DNA of 32,000 nucleotides from Kiritimatiella glycovorans (GTDB taxonomy: Bacteria > Verrucomicrobiota > Kiritimatiellia > Kiritimatiellales > Kiritimatiellaceae). Every line of letters begins with the position of its first letter. Position 1 is the stretch's first letter. A program made the translations under genes and the position numbers. This document shows, piece after piece, positions 8,601 to 18,688 of this stretch. The stretch spans positions 2,460,001 through 2,492,000 of the forward strand of contig NZ_CP010904.1 in NCBI RefSeq assembly GCF_001017655.1, read 5' to 3'. The notes under the pieces were generated by a model. That model was not told the origin of the DNA and did no database searches. It saw only the letters and a list, made by a program, of their open reading frames with translations.

Positions 8601-9881
8601 ATGTTTTATTTGCACGCGTCCAGATGGTCGACGACCCCCCGAATGGTCCGTGTTCTGCTGTGTGTCGCGGCGCTTATCGCGGCGGGGTCCGCTTTCGGGG
8701 ACGGCTACCGCAATCCTCCTCCGACGGCGGAGGGGATCGGCAAGGGGGGCGCGAACCGCGCTTTTGTCGACGACGCCTCGGCGATCTTCTACAACCCGGC
8801 GAACCTGATGTTCCTGGAGCGCCCCGAAGTGGTGGGCGGCGTCACGATAGCCCGCGCTCACGGCGACTTCGACCCCGACAACCTCGCGGGATCCCGCGAA
8901 TCCGAGGACCCGTGGCAGGCGATGCCCAACGTGTTCGCCGCCTGGCCGATGCCGGAGAGCGGCCTCGTCTTCGGCCTCGGCATCTCCACGCCCTACGGGC
9001 AGTCGGTGGAGTGGGACCGGGATGCGTTTTACGCTCCCATGACCCCGTCACTCTACCGCGCGGAGATGAAAATGGTCGACTTCGCGCCCACGGCCGCGTG
9101 GAAATTGAATGACAACCTCTTCTTCGGTGCGGGCGTCAACATCATGTACTCCACCTTCGACCTCGACCAGAACGTGCCGTGGAGCGATCTGCCCTCTCCG
9201 CCGTTTACCGGTCCCGACAGCACCGGCGAAATTGAAAGCGACGGCATGGGACTGGGCGGGAATGCCGGCATGACCTGGCTGATCACGGAACGCCAGCGCA
9301 TGGCCTTTACGTACCGCTCCCGCTTCCAGATCGAATACGACGGCGACCTTCATGTCGGCAATTTCCAGCCCGGCGGGTACTTCGCGGCCGCCTCCAGCGA
9401 TTTTTCCACCGACATCCAGTTCCCCGATACTTTCGCGCTGGGCTATGGCGTCCGCGTGACCGACCGGATGAACCTGGAATGCAACGTGGAGTGGCTGAAC
9501 TGGAGCAGTAACGACGAGGCCGTGTTCGACCTCGGCAACAACGGTTCCCTGCCGGTCAACTACGACTGGGAAGATACGTTCACCTATGCACTCGGCGCCG
9601 ACTGGTCGCTCGACGACCACTGGACCGCCCGGTTCGGGTACGCCTACATAGAGAGTCCCGTCCCGGACCACACCTACAGTCCTTTCTTCCTTGAGGAGGA
9701 TCGTCACGTCCTGAGCACCGGCATCGGGTACCGTGCGGGCGGGCACCGGATCGATCTGGCCTACGCCTACAGCCTCTACGACGAACGCGACGTGAACACC
9801 AACACGGAAAACCCCCTCTACGAAGGTGAGTACGAGTACGACTCCGATCTGCTCGGCCTGACCTACGCCTACACCTTCTGA
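8601..9881 (+). CDS. Outer-membrane beta-barrel of the FadL/OmpP1/TodX long-chain fatty acid / hydrophobic compound transporter family
   Basis: 426 aa. Signal peptide MVRVLLCVAALIAAGSAFG. Family-typical N-terminal segment GKGGANRAFVDDASAIFYNPANL. Alternating aromatic beta-strand pattern with terminal YAYTF (C-terminal Phe). SD GGGAGAGG lies 7 nt before the ATG at 8601; 8643 is an alternative start. Confidence 0.75.
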   Translation: MFYLHASRWSTTPRMVRVLLCVAALIAAGSAFGDGYRNPPPTAEGIGKGGANRAFVDDASAIFYNPANLMFLERPEVVGGVTIARAHGDFDPDNLAGSRESEDPWQAMPNVFAAWPMPESGLVFGLGISTPYGQSVEWDRDAFYAPMTPSLYRAEMKMVDFAPTAAWKLNDNLFFGAGVNIMYSTFDLDQNVPWSDLPSPPFTGPDSTGEIESDGMGLGGNAGMTWLITERQRMAFTYRSRFQIEYDGDLHVGNFQPGGYFAAASSDFSTDIQFPDTFALGYGVRVTDRMNLECNVEWLNWSSNDEAVFDLGNNGSLPVNYDWEDTFTYALGADWSLDDHWTARFGYAYIESPVPDHTYSPFFLEEDRHVLSTGIGYRAGGHRIDLAYAYSLYDERDVNTNTENPLYEGEYEYDSDLLGLTYAYTF

Positions 9882-9902
9882 TCAGCGGGAGCACGAGGAT
9901 TC

Positions 9903-11099
9903 ATGGCCACCGGGGAACCACAGGGCAAAGTGCTCGTGATCGACGACGAGCAGGGACCGCGGGAAAGCCTCAAGATGGTTCTCAAGGGGCCTTACGAGGT
10001 CGTCACCGCCGATCACGTGGATGAGGGCCTGCGCAAATTCGAAGAGGAAAACCCCGACCTGGTGATCCTCGACATCCGCATGCCCGGCCGCAACGGCATC
10101 GAGGCGCTCAAAGAGATCCGCGAACGGGACTCGGAAGTGGCCGTCATCATGCTCACCGGCTACGGGGCGCTCGAGACCGCGCAGCAGGCGATCCGGCTCG
10201 GCGCCAACGACTACCTGGAAAAACCCTTCGACATCAACAACATCAGAAAAATTGTCGACACCAATGTGGCGCATACGCGGCTCAACCGCCGCCGGAACCG
10301 TGCCGAACACGAGCTGGAGTCGCTGACCGAGCGACTGCAGTCCGAGATTGGCGTGAAGGACAACATGGCCTCGCTCGGCGTGGCCTCCGCCGAACTGGTG
10401 CACGATATCCGCAACCCGCTCACGGTCGTCCTCGGCTACGTCCAGCTCATGATGCACCAGCTCGGCGAACTGAGCACCGGCGATTCAGAACGCGACTCGC
10501 AGGATCTCTCCGAGTATCTCGGTGCGATCGAAAAAAATGCGCGCTACTGCGCCAAGCTGGCCGAGGACTGGCATATGCTGGGGCGCGGCGAGCACGATTC
10601 GGTCGAGCCGGTGGCGATCCCCGGGCTGCTGCGCGATGTGGTCGAGAACGCGCAGGCGGTCGATCCCGAGGCCGCGATCCGGCTCGAGATCGAGTCCCCC
10701 GAAGACGACCTCACCTGCCGTGCCGCCCATATCCAGCTTCAGCGGGCCCTGCAGAACATCGTCAACAACAGCGTCCAGTCGCTCCAGGGGCGCGACGTCA
10801 GGAACGTCGACATCCACTGCAGCCGCAACGGCGACGGACAGATCCGGATCGTGATCGCCGACACCGGCTGCGGAATCGCCCGCGAAACGCTCGAGTGGAT
10901 TTTCGAGCCGTTCAAGACCACCAAGAAGGGCGTACAGAAGGGAACCGGACTCGGCATGTTCATCACCAAAAAGGTCATCGACCGCCACGGGGGGCGGATC
11001 GAATTCGAGAGCGAAGAGGGCCGCGGAACCACGGTTACCGTGCTGCTTCCCGAGCGGCCGCCGGATCACATGGACGAGGGAAAAAACGCAGACGCGTAA
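9903..11099 (+). CDS. Hybrid response-regulator/histidine kinase (N-terminal receiver, C-terminal HisKA-like + HATPase_c)
   Basis: 398 aa. Receiver: KVLVIDDEQG...DLVILDIRMPGRNGIEALKEIR...VIMLTGYG...DYLEKPF. H-box ELVHDIRNPLTVVLGYVQL. ATP-binding part NNSVQS...DTGCGIARETLEWIFEPFKTTK...GTGLGMFITKKVI. Confidence 0.85.
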   Translation: MATGEPQGKVLVIDDEQGPRESLKMVLKGPYEVVTADHVDEGLRKFEEENPDLVILDIRMPGRNGIEALKEIRERDSEVAVIMLTGYGALETAQQAIRLGANDYLEKPFDINNIRKIVDTNVAHTRLNRRRNRAEHELESLTERLQSEIGVKDNMASLGVASAELVHDIRNPLTVVLGYVQLMMHQLGELSTGDSERDSQDLSEYLGAIEKNARYCAKLAEDWHMLGRGEHDSVEPVAIPGLLRDVVENAQAVDPEAAIRLEIESPEDDLTCRAAHIQLQRALQNIVNNSVQSLQGRDVRNVDIHCSRNGDGQIRIVIADTGCGIARETLEWIFEPFKTTKKGVQKGTGLGMFITKKVIDRHGGRIEFESEEGRGTTVTVLLPERPPDHMDEGKNADA

Positions 11100-11110
11100 A
11101 GGGGGCATAC

Positions 11111-11494
11111 ATGGGGGACGAAGCGCGGAACATACTCATTATTGACGACGATCCCGACATCCGGCGGCTGCTGGAACAGTTTCTGGCGAGGGAAGGTTAT
11201 AACATCCTGACCGCCTCCACCGGCGCGGAGGCCGAACAGATCTATCTGGAAAACCCTCCCGACCTGGTCATCACCGATATCATCATGCCGGATCGCGAGG
11301 GGATCGAGACGATCCGCGAGATGCGCCGCATGTACCCGGAGATGACGATCGTCGCCATCTCGGGCGGGGGACGCATCGATTCGCAGGACTACCTGGTGCT
11401 CGCCCGAAAACTGGGCGCCGACCGGACCTTCGGAAAACCGTTCGACCTCGCTGAAATGCTCAACTATATCAGAGAAGCGCTCGGCGATGCGTGA
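11111..11494 (+). CDS. Single-domain CheY-like response regulator (no output domain)
   Basis: 127 aa starting at the internal ATG 11111, with SD AAGGGGG just upstream. NILIIDDDPDIRR...DLVITDIIMPDREGIETIREMR...IVAISGGG...FGKPF. Confidence 0.85.
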   Translation: MGDEARNILIIDDDPDIRRLLEQFLAREGYNILTASTGAEAEQIYLENPPDLVITDIIMPDREGIETIREMRRMYPEMTIVAISGGGRIDSQDYLVLARKLGADRTFGKPFDLAEMLNYIREALGDA

Positions 11495-11545
11495 ACCGCA
11501 CGCACGCCCCGGCCTTCCGATCCGCACTCCGGAGGATAACGACCC

Positions 11546-14500
11546 GTGTATCTGAAATCGCTCGACCTGTTCGGATTCAAAAGCTTCGCCGAAAAAACCC
11601 ACCTCGACTTCGAACCCGGCATGACGGCCGTCGTCGGCCCCAACGGCTGCGGCAAGAGCAACGTGGCCGACGCCGTGCGCTGGGTCCTCGGCGAGCAGCG
11701 CCCGACCATGATGCGCGGACAGTCGATGGAGGACTGCATCTTCAACGGCACCGACTCCCACAAGGCGCTGAACATGGCGGAGGTCAGCCTCACGATCGGT
11801 GACTGCCGGACGGAACCGAATTTCGAGTACGATGAGGTATGCCTGACCCGGCGCGTCTTCCGCTCGGGCGAAAGCCAGTACTTCCTCAACAGGCAGCCCT
11901 GCCGACTGAAGGATCTTCAGCGCCTGTTCATGGATACGGGCGTCGGCACGGACGCCTACTCGATCATCGAACAGGGAAAGATCGACCGTGTACTGAGCTC
12001 GCGCCCCCAGGACCGCCGCGCCGTCTTCGAGGAGGCCAGCGGGATCACGCGGTTCAAGAACGACAAGAAGGAGGCCCTCCGCAAACTCGAACGCACGGAG
12101 GCCAACCTGATGCGGCTGGCCGACGTCATTCGCGAGGTCAAACGCCAGATCATCTCGCTGCAGCGCCAGGCGGGCAAGGCGCGCCGGTACCAGGAGCTGC
12201 GCACGAAGCTGCGCGCGCGCGATATCCACCTCTCCAGACTCCGCCGGGACCGTCTGGCCCGCGAACTGGAAGAGCTGCACGAAAAATTGAAGGAACTGGA
12301 CGGAGCGCTGGAGGCGAAACACGAAGAACAGCGCAAACTCGAGGAGCAGTCCGCCGGCTTCCGGGAACAGCTCGATCGGGCCGAACAGCAGGTGGCCGAA
12401 CGGAATGACGCCTACCTGAAGGCGCGCCACGACCTCGAGCGCTCGCTGGAAACGGTCCGGGTGAACCGGGAGAGAATTTCCGAACTGCGGTCGCTCGCCG
12501 AACAGCAGAACCGCGAATCCGACGACGCGCAAAACCGGCTTGAAGAACACCGCAAAGCGCTGGAGACGGCGAAAGGGGAACTGGGCGGGGCGGAAGAAAC
12601 CGAACGCAGCGAAACCGGACAACTCGAAGCGGCGCGCGGCCGGCAGACCGAGATCGACCGTCGGCTGGAGAGTCAGCGCGAGACGCTCGGCGAACTCCGC
12701 AACCAGAGCATGGAGTGCGAGAGCGAGGCCACGCGCCTGCGCAACCACCTCCAGGAACTGGAAGAACGGGACCGGCGCGAGACGATGCGCCGGGAGCGGC
12801 TGACGGCCGAGAAGAGCGAGCACGAGCGCAGCCTTGCGGCCCACCGGGAGCGACGCGAAGAGATGGCGCAGACGCTCGAACACCTGCGCAACGAGGTCGG
12901 CAGGGCCGAAGCCGAACTCGAACAGGCCCGCCGGGAGGCGGAAACGCGGCGCGAACAGAGGAGTCAAATCGAAGCCGGGCGACAGGAGGCCCTGACCCGC
13001 TGTGCCGCCATCGACGCCCGCCTCGAAATGATCCAGGAAGCGGAGTCCGGCGGCGAGGACTACCCTGCGGGATGCCGCGCCCTGCTCCACCCGCCCGACG
13101 GCGCGGAACCGCCCGGCGAGGTGCTCGGCCCGCTGGCCGATTTCGTCCGTACGGACCCCGCGGTTCAGCACGCCCTCGAGGCCGCGCTGCGGCCCTGGCT
13201 CGACGCACTGGTCGTGCGCGACCCGGAATCGGCGACGGCGATGATCGGCTGGCTGCGCCGCGGCGAACACGGTTCGGCCCGCCTGCTCTGCGTCGACGGC
13301 CCCGAGGCGCCGCCCGAACCCCCCGGACTGCCGGGCCGCCCGCTCAGCGAATGCGTGACCTGCGAACCGCACACCCTGCCGCTGCTGCGGCGCCTGCTCC
13401 GCGGCATCCGGCTGGTGGACGAACTGCCGGACCGCCCCCGCGACCTCCCCGCCGGGGCGGTGGCGGTGACCTCCGACGGGCGCCTGGTCTCCGGCCGCGG
13501 CGAGGCCGAACTCTGGATGCCGCGTGACGACCAGGCCTCGCCCGTGGCGCGTCGCCACCTGCGCGAATCGCTGGAGCGCGAACGGGAGGAACACCGAACG
13601 GCGATCGCCGGCCACGAGACCTCGATCCGCGGCCTGGAAGAGGAGGAGTCCGCGGGGCGCGAACGTCTCAAAAGCCTCGAACATACCCTCGAAGAGAGCC
13701 GCCGCCGCCTTTCGGTCCAGGAAGGCGAAAAACAGGTGATCGATCGCGAAGCCGAAGAAGTGCGCCGCCGACACGAGACGGTCGAGGCCGAACTGGAACA
13801 GCTCCAGTCGAAGAGTACGCCCGCCGAGGCCGAACGCGCAGACCTGCGGGAACGCATGCGCGCACGCGAGGCGGACCGCGAACACCTCGTGGAGCGCATC
13901 CGCGCCGCCTCCGAATCGCTCAATGAGATCGAACAGGAGCGCGGACGGGCCATGGAGGAGACCACCGAGCGGCGCATCGCCCACGCGCAGGCGCGGCAGA
14001 ATGTCGAACAGTGCCGCGCACGCGTGCGCCAGTTCGAGGCCCGCATCGGAGAACTCGAGGAACTCATCCGCAACCGGACGGAGGGGAGCCGCGAGTATGT
14101 AGACCGGACCCGTAAGCTGGAATCGGAGGTGACCGCGGAAGAGGAACGCCAGGTGCAGCTGCGCGAACTCATCGAGTCCGGCCGCAGGGAATGGGAGACG
14201 GCCAGGGAGGAGCGCGAACGGATCGCGGCCGAGGCACGGCGCGTGGAGCAGGCGCAGCGGGAGTTGGGACGCAAGCTGGAGGAAATCCAGGAGCAGCGGT
14301 CAAAACACGACCTTCAGCGCGCCGAAAAGCAGATGCGACTCGACAACCTGATCGAACGGGTCACCTCCGACTGGCATATCACCGCGGAACAGATGGACGA
14401 AGAACCCCCGCCGGAATGGGACACCGAAGAAACACCGAACGAGGAGGCGCTTGAATCCGAAGTCGCGGAGATGCGCGCCAAACTCGATTCGATGGGGCCG

Positions 14501-15100
14501 GTAAACCTCGTGGCCATCGAGGAACACCGCGAACTCGAGGAGCGCTACGCGTTTCTGCAGCAGCAGCAGCAGGATCTGACCTCGTCCAAAGAACAGATGA
14601 TGGAGCTGATCCGGAAGATCAACAAGACCTCGACCGAGAAGTTCACGGAGACCTTCCACGCGGTGAACGCGAACTTCCAGCAGACTTTCAAGCAGCTCTT
14701 CGGCGGCGGGAGCGCCAAGCTGGTACTGATCGACGAAGAGGACGTACTCGAATCCGGCATCGAGATCATCGCCCGTCCCCCCGGCAAAAAACTCCAGAGC
14801 ATCTCGCTGCTCTCCGGGGGCGAGCGCACCATGACCGCCGTGGCGCTGCTGTTCGCGCTTTACCTCGTCAAGCCCAGCCCCTTCTGCCTGCTCGACGAAC
14901 TGGACGCGGCGCTCGACGACGCCAATATCGGCCGGTTCGTGAAGGTCGTGAAGGGATTCCTGGAAACGTCGCAGTTTATCGTCATCACCCACAACAAGCA
15001 GACGATCGCCGCCTCCTCCACCATCTACGGCGTCACCATGCCGCAGAAAGGCGTCTCACGCATCGTGTCGATGAAGTTTGCGGACTACGAGGGGGAATAG
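11546..15100 (+). CDS. smc: Chromosome partition protein SMC
   Basis: 1184 aa, GTG start with GGAGGA 9 nt upstream. N-terminal Walker A FKSFAEKTHLDFEPGMTAVVGPNGCGKSNVADAVRWVLGEQ. Very long coiled coils with a central hinge. C-terminal signature LSGGERTMTAVALLFAL and Walker B FCLLDELDAALD. Confidence 0.95.
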   Translation: MYLKSLDLFGFKSFAEKTHLDFEPGMTAVVGPNGCGKSNVADAVRWVLGEQRPTMMRGQSMEDCIFNGTDSHKALNMAEVSLTIGDCRTEPNFEYDEVCLTRRVFRSGESQYFLNRQPCRLKDLQRLFMDTGVGTDAYSIIEQGKIDRVLSSRPQDRRAVFEEASGITRFKNDKKEALRKLERTEANLMRLADVIREVKRQIISLQRQAGKARRYQELRTKLRARDIHLSRLRRDRLARELEELHEKLKELDGALEAKHEEQRKLEEQSAGFREQLDRAEQQVAERNDAYLKARHDLERSLETVRVNRERISELRSLAEQQNRESDDAQNRLEEHRKALETAKGELGGAEETERSETGQLEAARGRQTEIDRRLESQRETLGELRNQSMECESEATRLRNHLQELEERDRRETMRRERLTAEKSEHERSLAAHRERREEMAQTLEHLRNEVGRAEAELEQARREAETRREQRSQIEAGRQEALTRCAAIDARLEMIQEAESGGEDYPAGCRALLHPPDGAEPPGEVLGPLADFVRTDPAVQHALEAALRPWLDALVVRDPESATAMIGWLRRGEHGSARLLCVDGPEAPPEPPGLPGRPLSECVTCEPHTLPLLRRLLRGIRLVDELPDRPRDLPAGAVAVTSDGRLVSGRGEAELWMPRDDQASPVARRHLRESLEREREEHRTAIAGHETSIRGLEEEESAGRERLKSLEHTLEESRRRLSVQEGEKQVIDREAEEVRRRHETVEAELEQLQSKSTPAEAERADLRERMRAREADREHLVERIRAASESLNEIEQERGRAMEETTERRIAHAQARQNVEQCRARVRQFEARIGELEELIRNRTEGSREYVDRTRKLESEVTAEEERQVQLRELIESGRREWETAREERERIAAEARRVEQAQRELGRKLEEIQEQRSKHDLQRAEKQMRLDNLIERVTSDWHITAEQMDEEPPPEWDTEETPNEEALESEVAEMRAKLDSMGPVNLVAIEEHRELEERYAFLQQQQQDLTSSKEQMMELIRKINKTSTEKFTETFHAVNANFQQTFKQLFGGGSAKLVLIDEEDVLESGIEIIARPPGKKLQSISLLSGGERTMTAVALLFALYLVKPSPFCLLDELDAALDDANIGRFVKVVKGFLETSQFIVITHNKQTIAASSTIYGVTMPQKGVSRIVSMKFADYEGE

Positions 15101-15118
15101 ACCATGAAGGCCGGTTGA

Positions 15119-15169
15119 GGGGCGGGGCTCTCCCACTCAGGTTTCAGGTTTCTTGCTCAGCCCCGCCCC
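15119..15169. terminator. GC-rich hairpin between convergent smc and clpC (11-bp perfect stem, 29-nt loop); possible bidirectional terminator or REP-like element
   Basis: GGGGCGGGGCT (15119-15129) is the exact reverse complement of AGCCCCGCCCC (15159-15169). It sits 18 nt after the smc stop and 4 nt before the clpC stop. Neither side has a U-tract, so an intrinsic-terminator function is uncertain. Confidence 0.4.
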
Positions 15170-15173
15170 GTCT

Positions 15174-17633
15174 TCACCCCACCGGAACAAACTCGATACC
15201 CTCTTTCCCGGCGCGGGCTTCCACCGTCTCGGCGTCCTCGAGCCTGCCGCGCAGGATGGCGTCGGCCAGCCGGTCCTCGACCTCGCGTTCCACGGTGCGT
15301 CGCATCTGGCGCGCACCATAGGTCGGGTCGAACCCTTTTTCGATGAGGTATTCCTTCGCCGAATCCGCCAGCCGCAGATCGACCTTGCGTCCCGCCAGGC
15401 GGGTGCGCACCCGCTCAACCTCGTTATCGAGAATCCGCTCGATGTGCGTGCGGTTGAGCTTGCGGAAGACCACGATATCGTCGAGACGATTGATCAGTTC
15501 CGGTTTGAAGACGTTGCGCGCCTCGGAGAGCATCGTGTCCTTGAGCTTCGCGTAATCCATCTCGCCCGAGATCTGGCCGAATCCCATGCCCCCGCCCTTT
15601 TTGACCAGCTCGCCGCCGAGGTTGGACGTCATGATGATCACCGTATTCCGGAAGTCGACGCTGCGCCCGAGGCTGTCGGTCAGACGGCCTTCCTCGAGGA
15701 TCTGAAGCAGCATATGCATCACGTCGGGGTGGGCCTTTTCGACCTCGTCGAAGAGGACCACCGAATACGGCCGGCGGCGGACTCTTTCCGTGAGCTGTCC
15801 GCCCTCCTCGTGGCCCACGTAGCCCGGGGGCGAACCCACCAGCCGCGAGACGTTGAACTTTTCCATGTACTCCGACATGTCGAGCTGAATCAGCGCGTCC
15901 TCGTCGTCGAACACGAACCGGGCCAGCTCCTTCGCCAGCATCGTCTTGCCCACACCCGTGGGGCCGAGAAAGATGAACGATCCGATCGGCCGCGTGGGAT
16001 CCTTGAGGTCCGCGCGCGAACGACGCAGTGAGCGGGCAATGGCGGTGATGGCCTCGTCCTGCCCGATGACGACGCGGGAGAGGGTGTCCTCCATCTCGAG
16101 GAGCTTCTTCATCTCCGCCTCGCCCATTTTGGCGACGGGCACCCCGGTCCACTTGGAGACCACCACCTTGATCTCCTCGTCGTCGATCGAGATCGTATTC
16201 TCCTCGCGCTCCCGGCGCCATTCGTTGACCACCTCGTCCAGCTTCTCCTTGGCGCCGCGCTCCCGGTCGCGCCAGGAGGCCGCCTCTTCGAAATTCTGGT
16301 CCTGGATCGCCTGATCCTTGTTCCGCCGGGCCTCTTCGATCTCGTCCTCCAGCTTCCTGATTTCCGGGGGCCGCGTCATGGTGGTGATCCGGCCGCGCGC
16401 GCCGGCCTCGTCGATCAGATCGATCGCCTTGTCGGGCAGGAAGCGGTCCGGGAGGTAGCGGGCCGAGAGTTCCGCGGCCGCCTTGAGCGCCTCGTCCGAG
16501 AACCGGGCGTGGTGGTGCTCCTCGTACTTCGAGCGCAGCCCGCGCAGGATCTCCACCGTCTCCTCGATCGTCGGTTCTTTCACCGTGATCGACTGGAACC
16601 GGCGTTCGAGCGCGGCGTCCTTCTCGACGAACCGCCGGTACTCCTTGAGGGTCGTGGCCCCGATACACTGCAGCTCCCCGCGGGAGAGCGAGGGTTTAAT
16701 GATGTTGGCCGCGTCCATGGCGCCCTCGGCGCTGCCGGCGCCGACGATGGTATGCAGTTCGTCGAGGAACAGGATGATATTGCCCATGCGGCGGATTTCA
16801 TCCATCACCGCCTTGATCCGCTCCTCGAACTGACCTCGGTACTTCGTGCCCGCGACCATGAGCGCCAGGTCGAGCTTGACGACTTTGCGGTTCGTGAGCA
16901 GGTCGGGCACTTCGCCTTCGACAATATTCTGGGCGAGACCTTCCGCGATCGCCGTCTTGCCGACCCCCGCCTCGCCCAGCAGTACGGGGTTGTTCTTGGT
17001 CCGGCGGCAGAGGATCTGGATGACGCGCTCGATCTCCTCCTTGCGCCCGATCACGGGATCGAGTTCGCCCTTGCGGGCCTCTTCCGTCAGGTCGAGGCCG
17101 AAGGCGTTCAACGCGGGGGTCTTCGACTTGCCCTTCTTCTCCTTGCGCGCCGTGCCGAGTTCGGGACCCGGCGCCTCCTCCTCGTCGCCCGGCTCATAGT
17201 TCGGGTCGAGTTCCTTCATCACCGCCATGCGGCTCTCTTCGAGGTCGATGCCGAGGCTCTCGAGCACGCGCGCGGCCACGCCCTCGCCCTCGCGCAGCAG
17301 GCCGAGCAGGATATGCTCGGTGCCGACGTACGTATGCCCCAGCGACTGCGCCTCGCGTCCGGCGAGGGCCAGCACCTTCTTCGCCCGCGGCGTGAAGGGG
17401 ATGTTGCCGATCGTCTTCATCTCCGGACCCGTGCCGACGGCCTTTTCCACCTCCATGCGGAGGGTCTCCAGCTCGACGCCCATCGACTTCAGCACGCTGA
17501 CCGCCACGCCCTGGTCGAGGCCGATCAGTCCCAGCAGGATGTGTTCGGTGCCGACATAGCCGTGGTTGAACCGCTCGGCTTCCGCGCGGGCGGCCTGCAG
17601 TACCTTCTGGGCTCTGGGGGTAAAATTATTCAT
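15174..17633 (-). CDS. clpC: ATP-dependent Clp protease ATP-binding subunit ClpC (class III stress AAA+ unfoldase)
   Basis: The true start is [36 protein letters not shown] (ATG 17633). It has a duplicated Clp_N repeat, two AAA+ modules ([10 protein letters not shown]; [15 protein letters not shown]) and the UVR-like linker [12 protein letters not shown] typical of ClpC. The ATG overlaps the mcsB stop (ATGA 17630-17633). Confidence 0.9.
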   Translation of the reverse strand: MNNFTPRAQKVLQAARAEAERFNHGYVGTEHILLGLIGLDQGVAVSVLKSMGVELETLRMEVEKAVGTGPEMKTIGNIPFTPRAKKVLALAGREAQSLGHTYVGTEHILLGLLREGEGVAARVLESLGIDLEESRMAVMKELDPNYEPGDEEEAPGPELGTARKEKKGKSKTPALNAFGLDLTEEARKGELDPVIGRKEEIERVIQILCRRTKNNPVLLGEAGVGKTAIAEGLAQNIVEGEVPDLLTNRKVVKLDLALMVAGTKYRGQFEERIKAVMDEIRRMGNIILFLDELHTIVGAGSAEGAMDAANIIKPSLSRGELQCIGATTLKEYRRFVEKDAALERRFQSITVKEPTIEETVEILRGLRSKYEEHHHARFSDEALKAAAELSARYLPDRFLPDKAIDLIDEAGARGRITTMTRPPEIRKLEDEIEEARRNKDQAIQDQNFEEAASWRDRERGAKEKLDEVVNEWRREREENTISIDDEEIKVVVSKWTGVPVAKMGEAEMKKLLEMEDTLSRVVIGQDEAITAIARSLRRSRADLKDPTRPIGSFIFLGPTGVGKTMLAKELARFVFDDEDALIQLDMSEYMEKFNVSRLVGSPPGYVGHEEGGQLTERVRRRPYSVVLFDEVEKAHPDVMHMLLQILEEGRLTDSLGRSVDFRNTVIIMTSNLGGELVKKGGGMGFGQISGEMDYAKLKDTMLSEARNVFKPELINRLDDIVVFRKLNRTHIERILDNEVERVRTRLAGRKVDLRLADSAKEYLIEKGFDPTYGARQMRRTVEREVEDRLADAILRGRLEDAETVEARAGKEGIEFVPVG

Positions 17634-18688
17634 GTCTGTTCCTCTCCGCGCAGCATACTCCGGATCAGCCCCGCGCGTACCCTGTCCCTTTCGCCGGAGG
17701 GCAATGTCTGCTTTTCGATCCGCTGCAGATGCGCCGGCTGCGTATGCACGAGAAGCCGGTCGATCTGCTCGCGGCGCGCGTAATCGATCATACCCAGATC
17801 GCAACCGAGCCGCAAGGCGGACAGCAGATCCAGCGCCTCCTTGGAGCCCAGGATGCGGGCGTGGGAAAGGATCCCGTAGGCCCGGCCGATATGATCCTCG
17901 AGCACCGTCTCGCGGGTCTCGAAAAGCCGTTTGCGGGCGTTTTCCTCGTGTTCGACCAGCTCCAGCGTAATCTGTTCAAGATGGTCGACGATGTCCTCTT
18001 CGCGCTTGCCGAGCGTGATCTGGTTGGAAATCTGGAACATGTGGCCGGCGGACTCCGTCCCTTCGCCCCACAGGCCGCGCACGGCCAGCCCGATGCGGGA
18101 GACCCCTTTGAGCACCGGGTTCATCTCCTCCATCAACACGAGGCCGGGCAGATGGAGCATGACACTGACGCGAATTCCGGTGCCGACGTTCGACGGGCAG
18201 GCCGTAAGGTACCCGAGCTTCGGCGAAAAGGCATAGGTGACTTCGCCCTCCACGCCGTCGTCGAGCTCATTGACCTCGCGCCACACTTCGTGAAGCGCGA
18301 TCCCCGGGCGGATCACCTGCATGCGCAGGTGGTCCTCCTCGTTGATCATGACCGAGGTCCTTTCATCGGGGCTGATCAGCACTCCGCTGCCCGCGGCGCG
18401 CGCCACCTGTTCCCGGCTGATGAGATGCCGCTCGTACAGCAGTTCGCGGTCGACGTCATCCAGCTCGCCCATCTCCCACGCCGCCGCGCCGGCGATCCAT
18501 TCATGGCTGAGAAAGAGTTCGCGCAGACCGCCCCATAGGCGGACGCGGTTCTTCTCCCCGGCCCAGTCCGGGAACCGTTCCCCCTTCAGGTTCCGCGCAA
18601 GGCGCGCCCGGCTGCTTATGACGGGGCCCTCGCGGAGGCCCGTCTCGAACCACCCCTCGCGGCGGCCGATCAGTTCCTCCGGATTCAT
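17630..18688 (-). CDS. mcsB: Protein arginine kinase McsB (ATP:guanido phosphotransferase family)
   Basis: The true start is MNPEELIGRREGWF (ATG 18688). VISSRARLARNL, MINEEDHLRMQV, phosphagen-kinase signature CPSNVGTGIRVSVMLHLPGL, and a C-terminal dimerisation/pArg region. The ATG overlaps the mcsA stop (ATGA 18685-18688). Confidence 0.9.
   Translation of the reverse strand: MNPEELIGRREGWFETGLREGPVISSRARLARNLKGERFPDWAGEKNRVRLWGGLRELFLSHEWIAGAAAWEMGELDDVDRELLYERHLISREQVARAAGSGVLISPDERTSVMINEEDHLRMQVIRPGIALHEVWREVNELDDGVEGEVTYAFSPKLGYLTACPSNVGTGIRVSVMLHLPGLVLMEEMNPVLKGVSRIGLAVRGLWGEGTESAGHMFQISNQITLGKREEDIVDHLEQITLELVEHEENARKRLFETRETVLEDHIGRAYGILSHARILGSKEALDLLSALRLGCDLGMIDYARREQIDRLLVHTQPAHLQRIEKQTLPSGERDRVRAGLIRSMLRGEEQT

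Noticed and set aside
11066-13984. 972-aa minus-strand ORF
   Set aside because: It is entirely antisense to smc, whose identity is unambiguous from its Walker A, signature and Walker B motifs. Its composition is typical of a GC-rich shadow frame.
17634-17804. N-terminal extensions offered by the ORF track for clpC (to 17804), mcsB (to 18922), mcsA (to 19473), ilvE (to 20141), fni (to 2085), purN (from 24689), tilS (from 30381), pgsA (from 28053) and the MurC-like gene (from 21675)
   Set aside because: The extensions are Arg/Gly/Ala-rich, unlike the N-termini of these families. They overlap the upstream genes extensively. The internal ATGs coincide with family-typical N-termini and with ATGA stop/start junctions or Shine-Dalgarno sequences.
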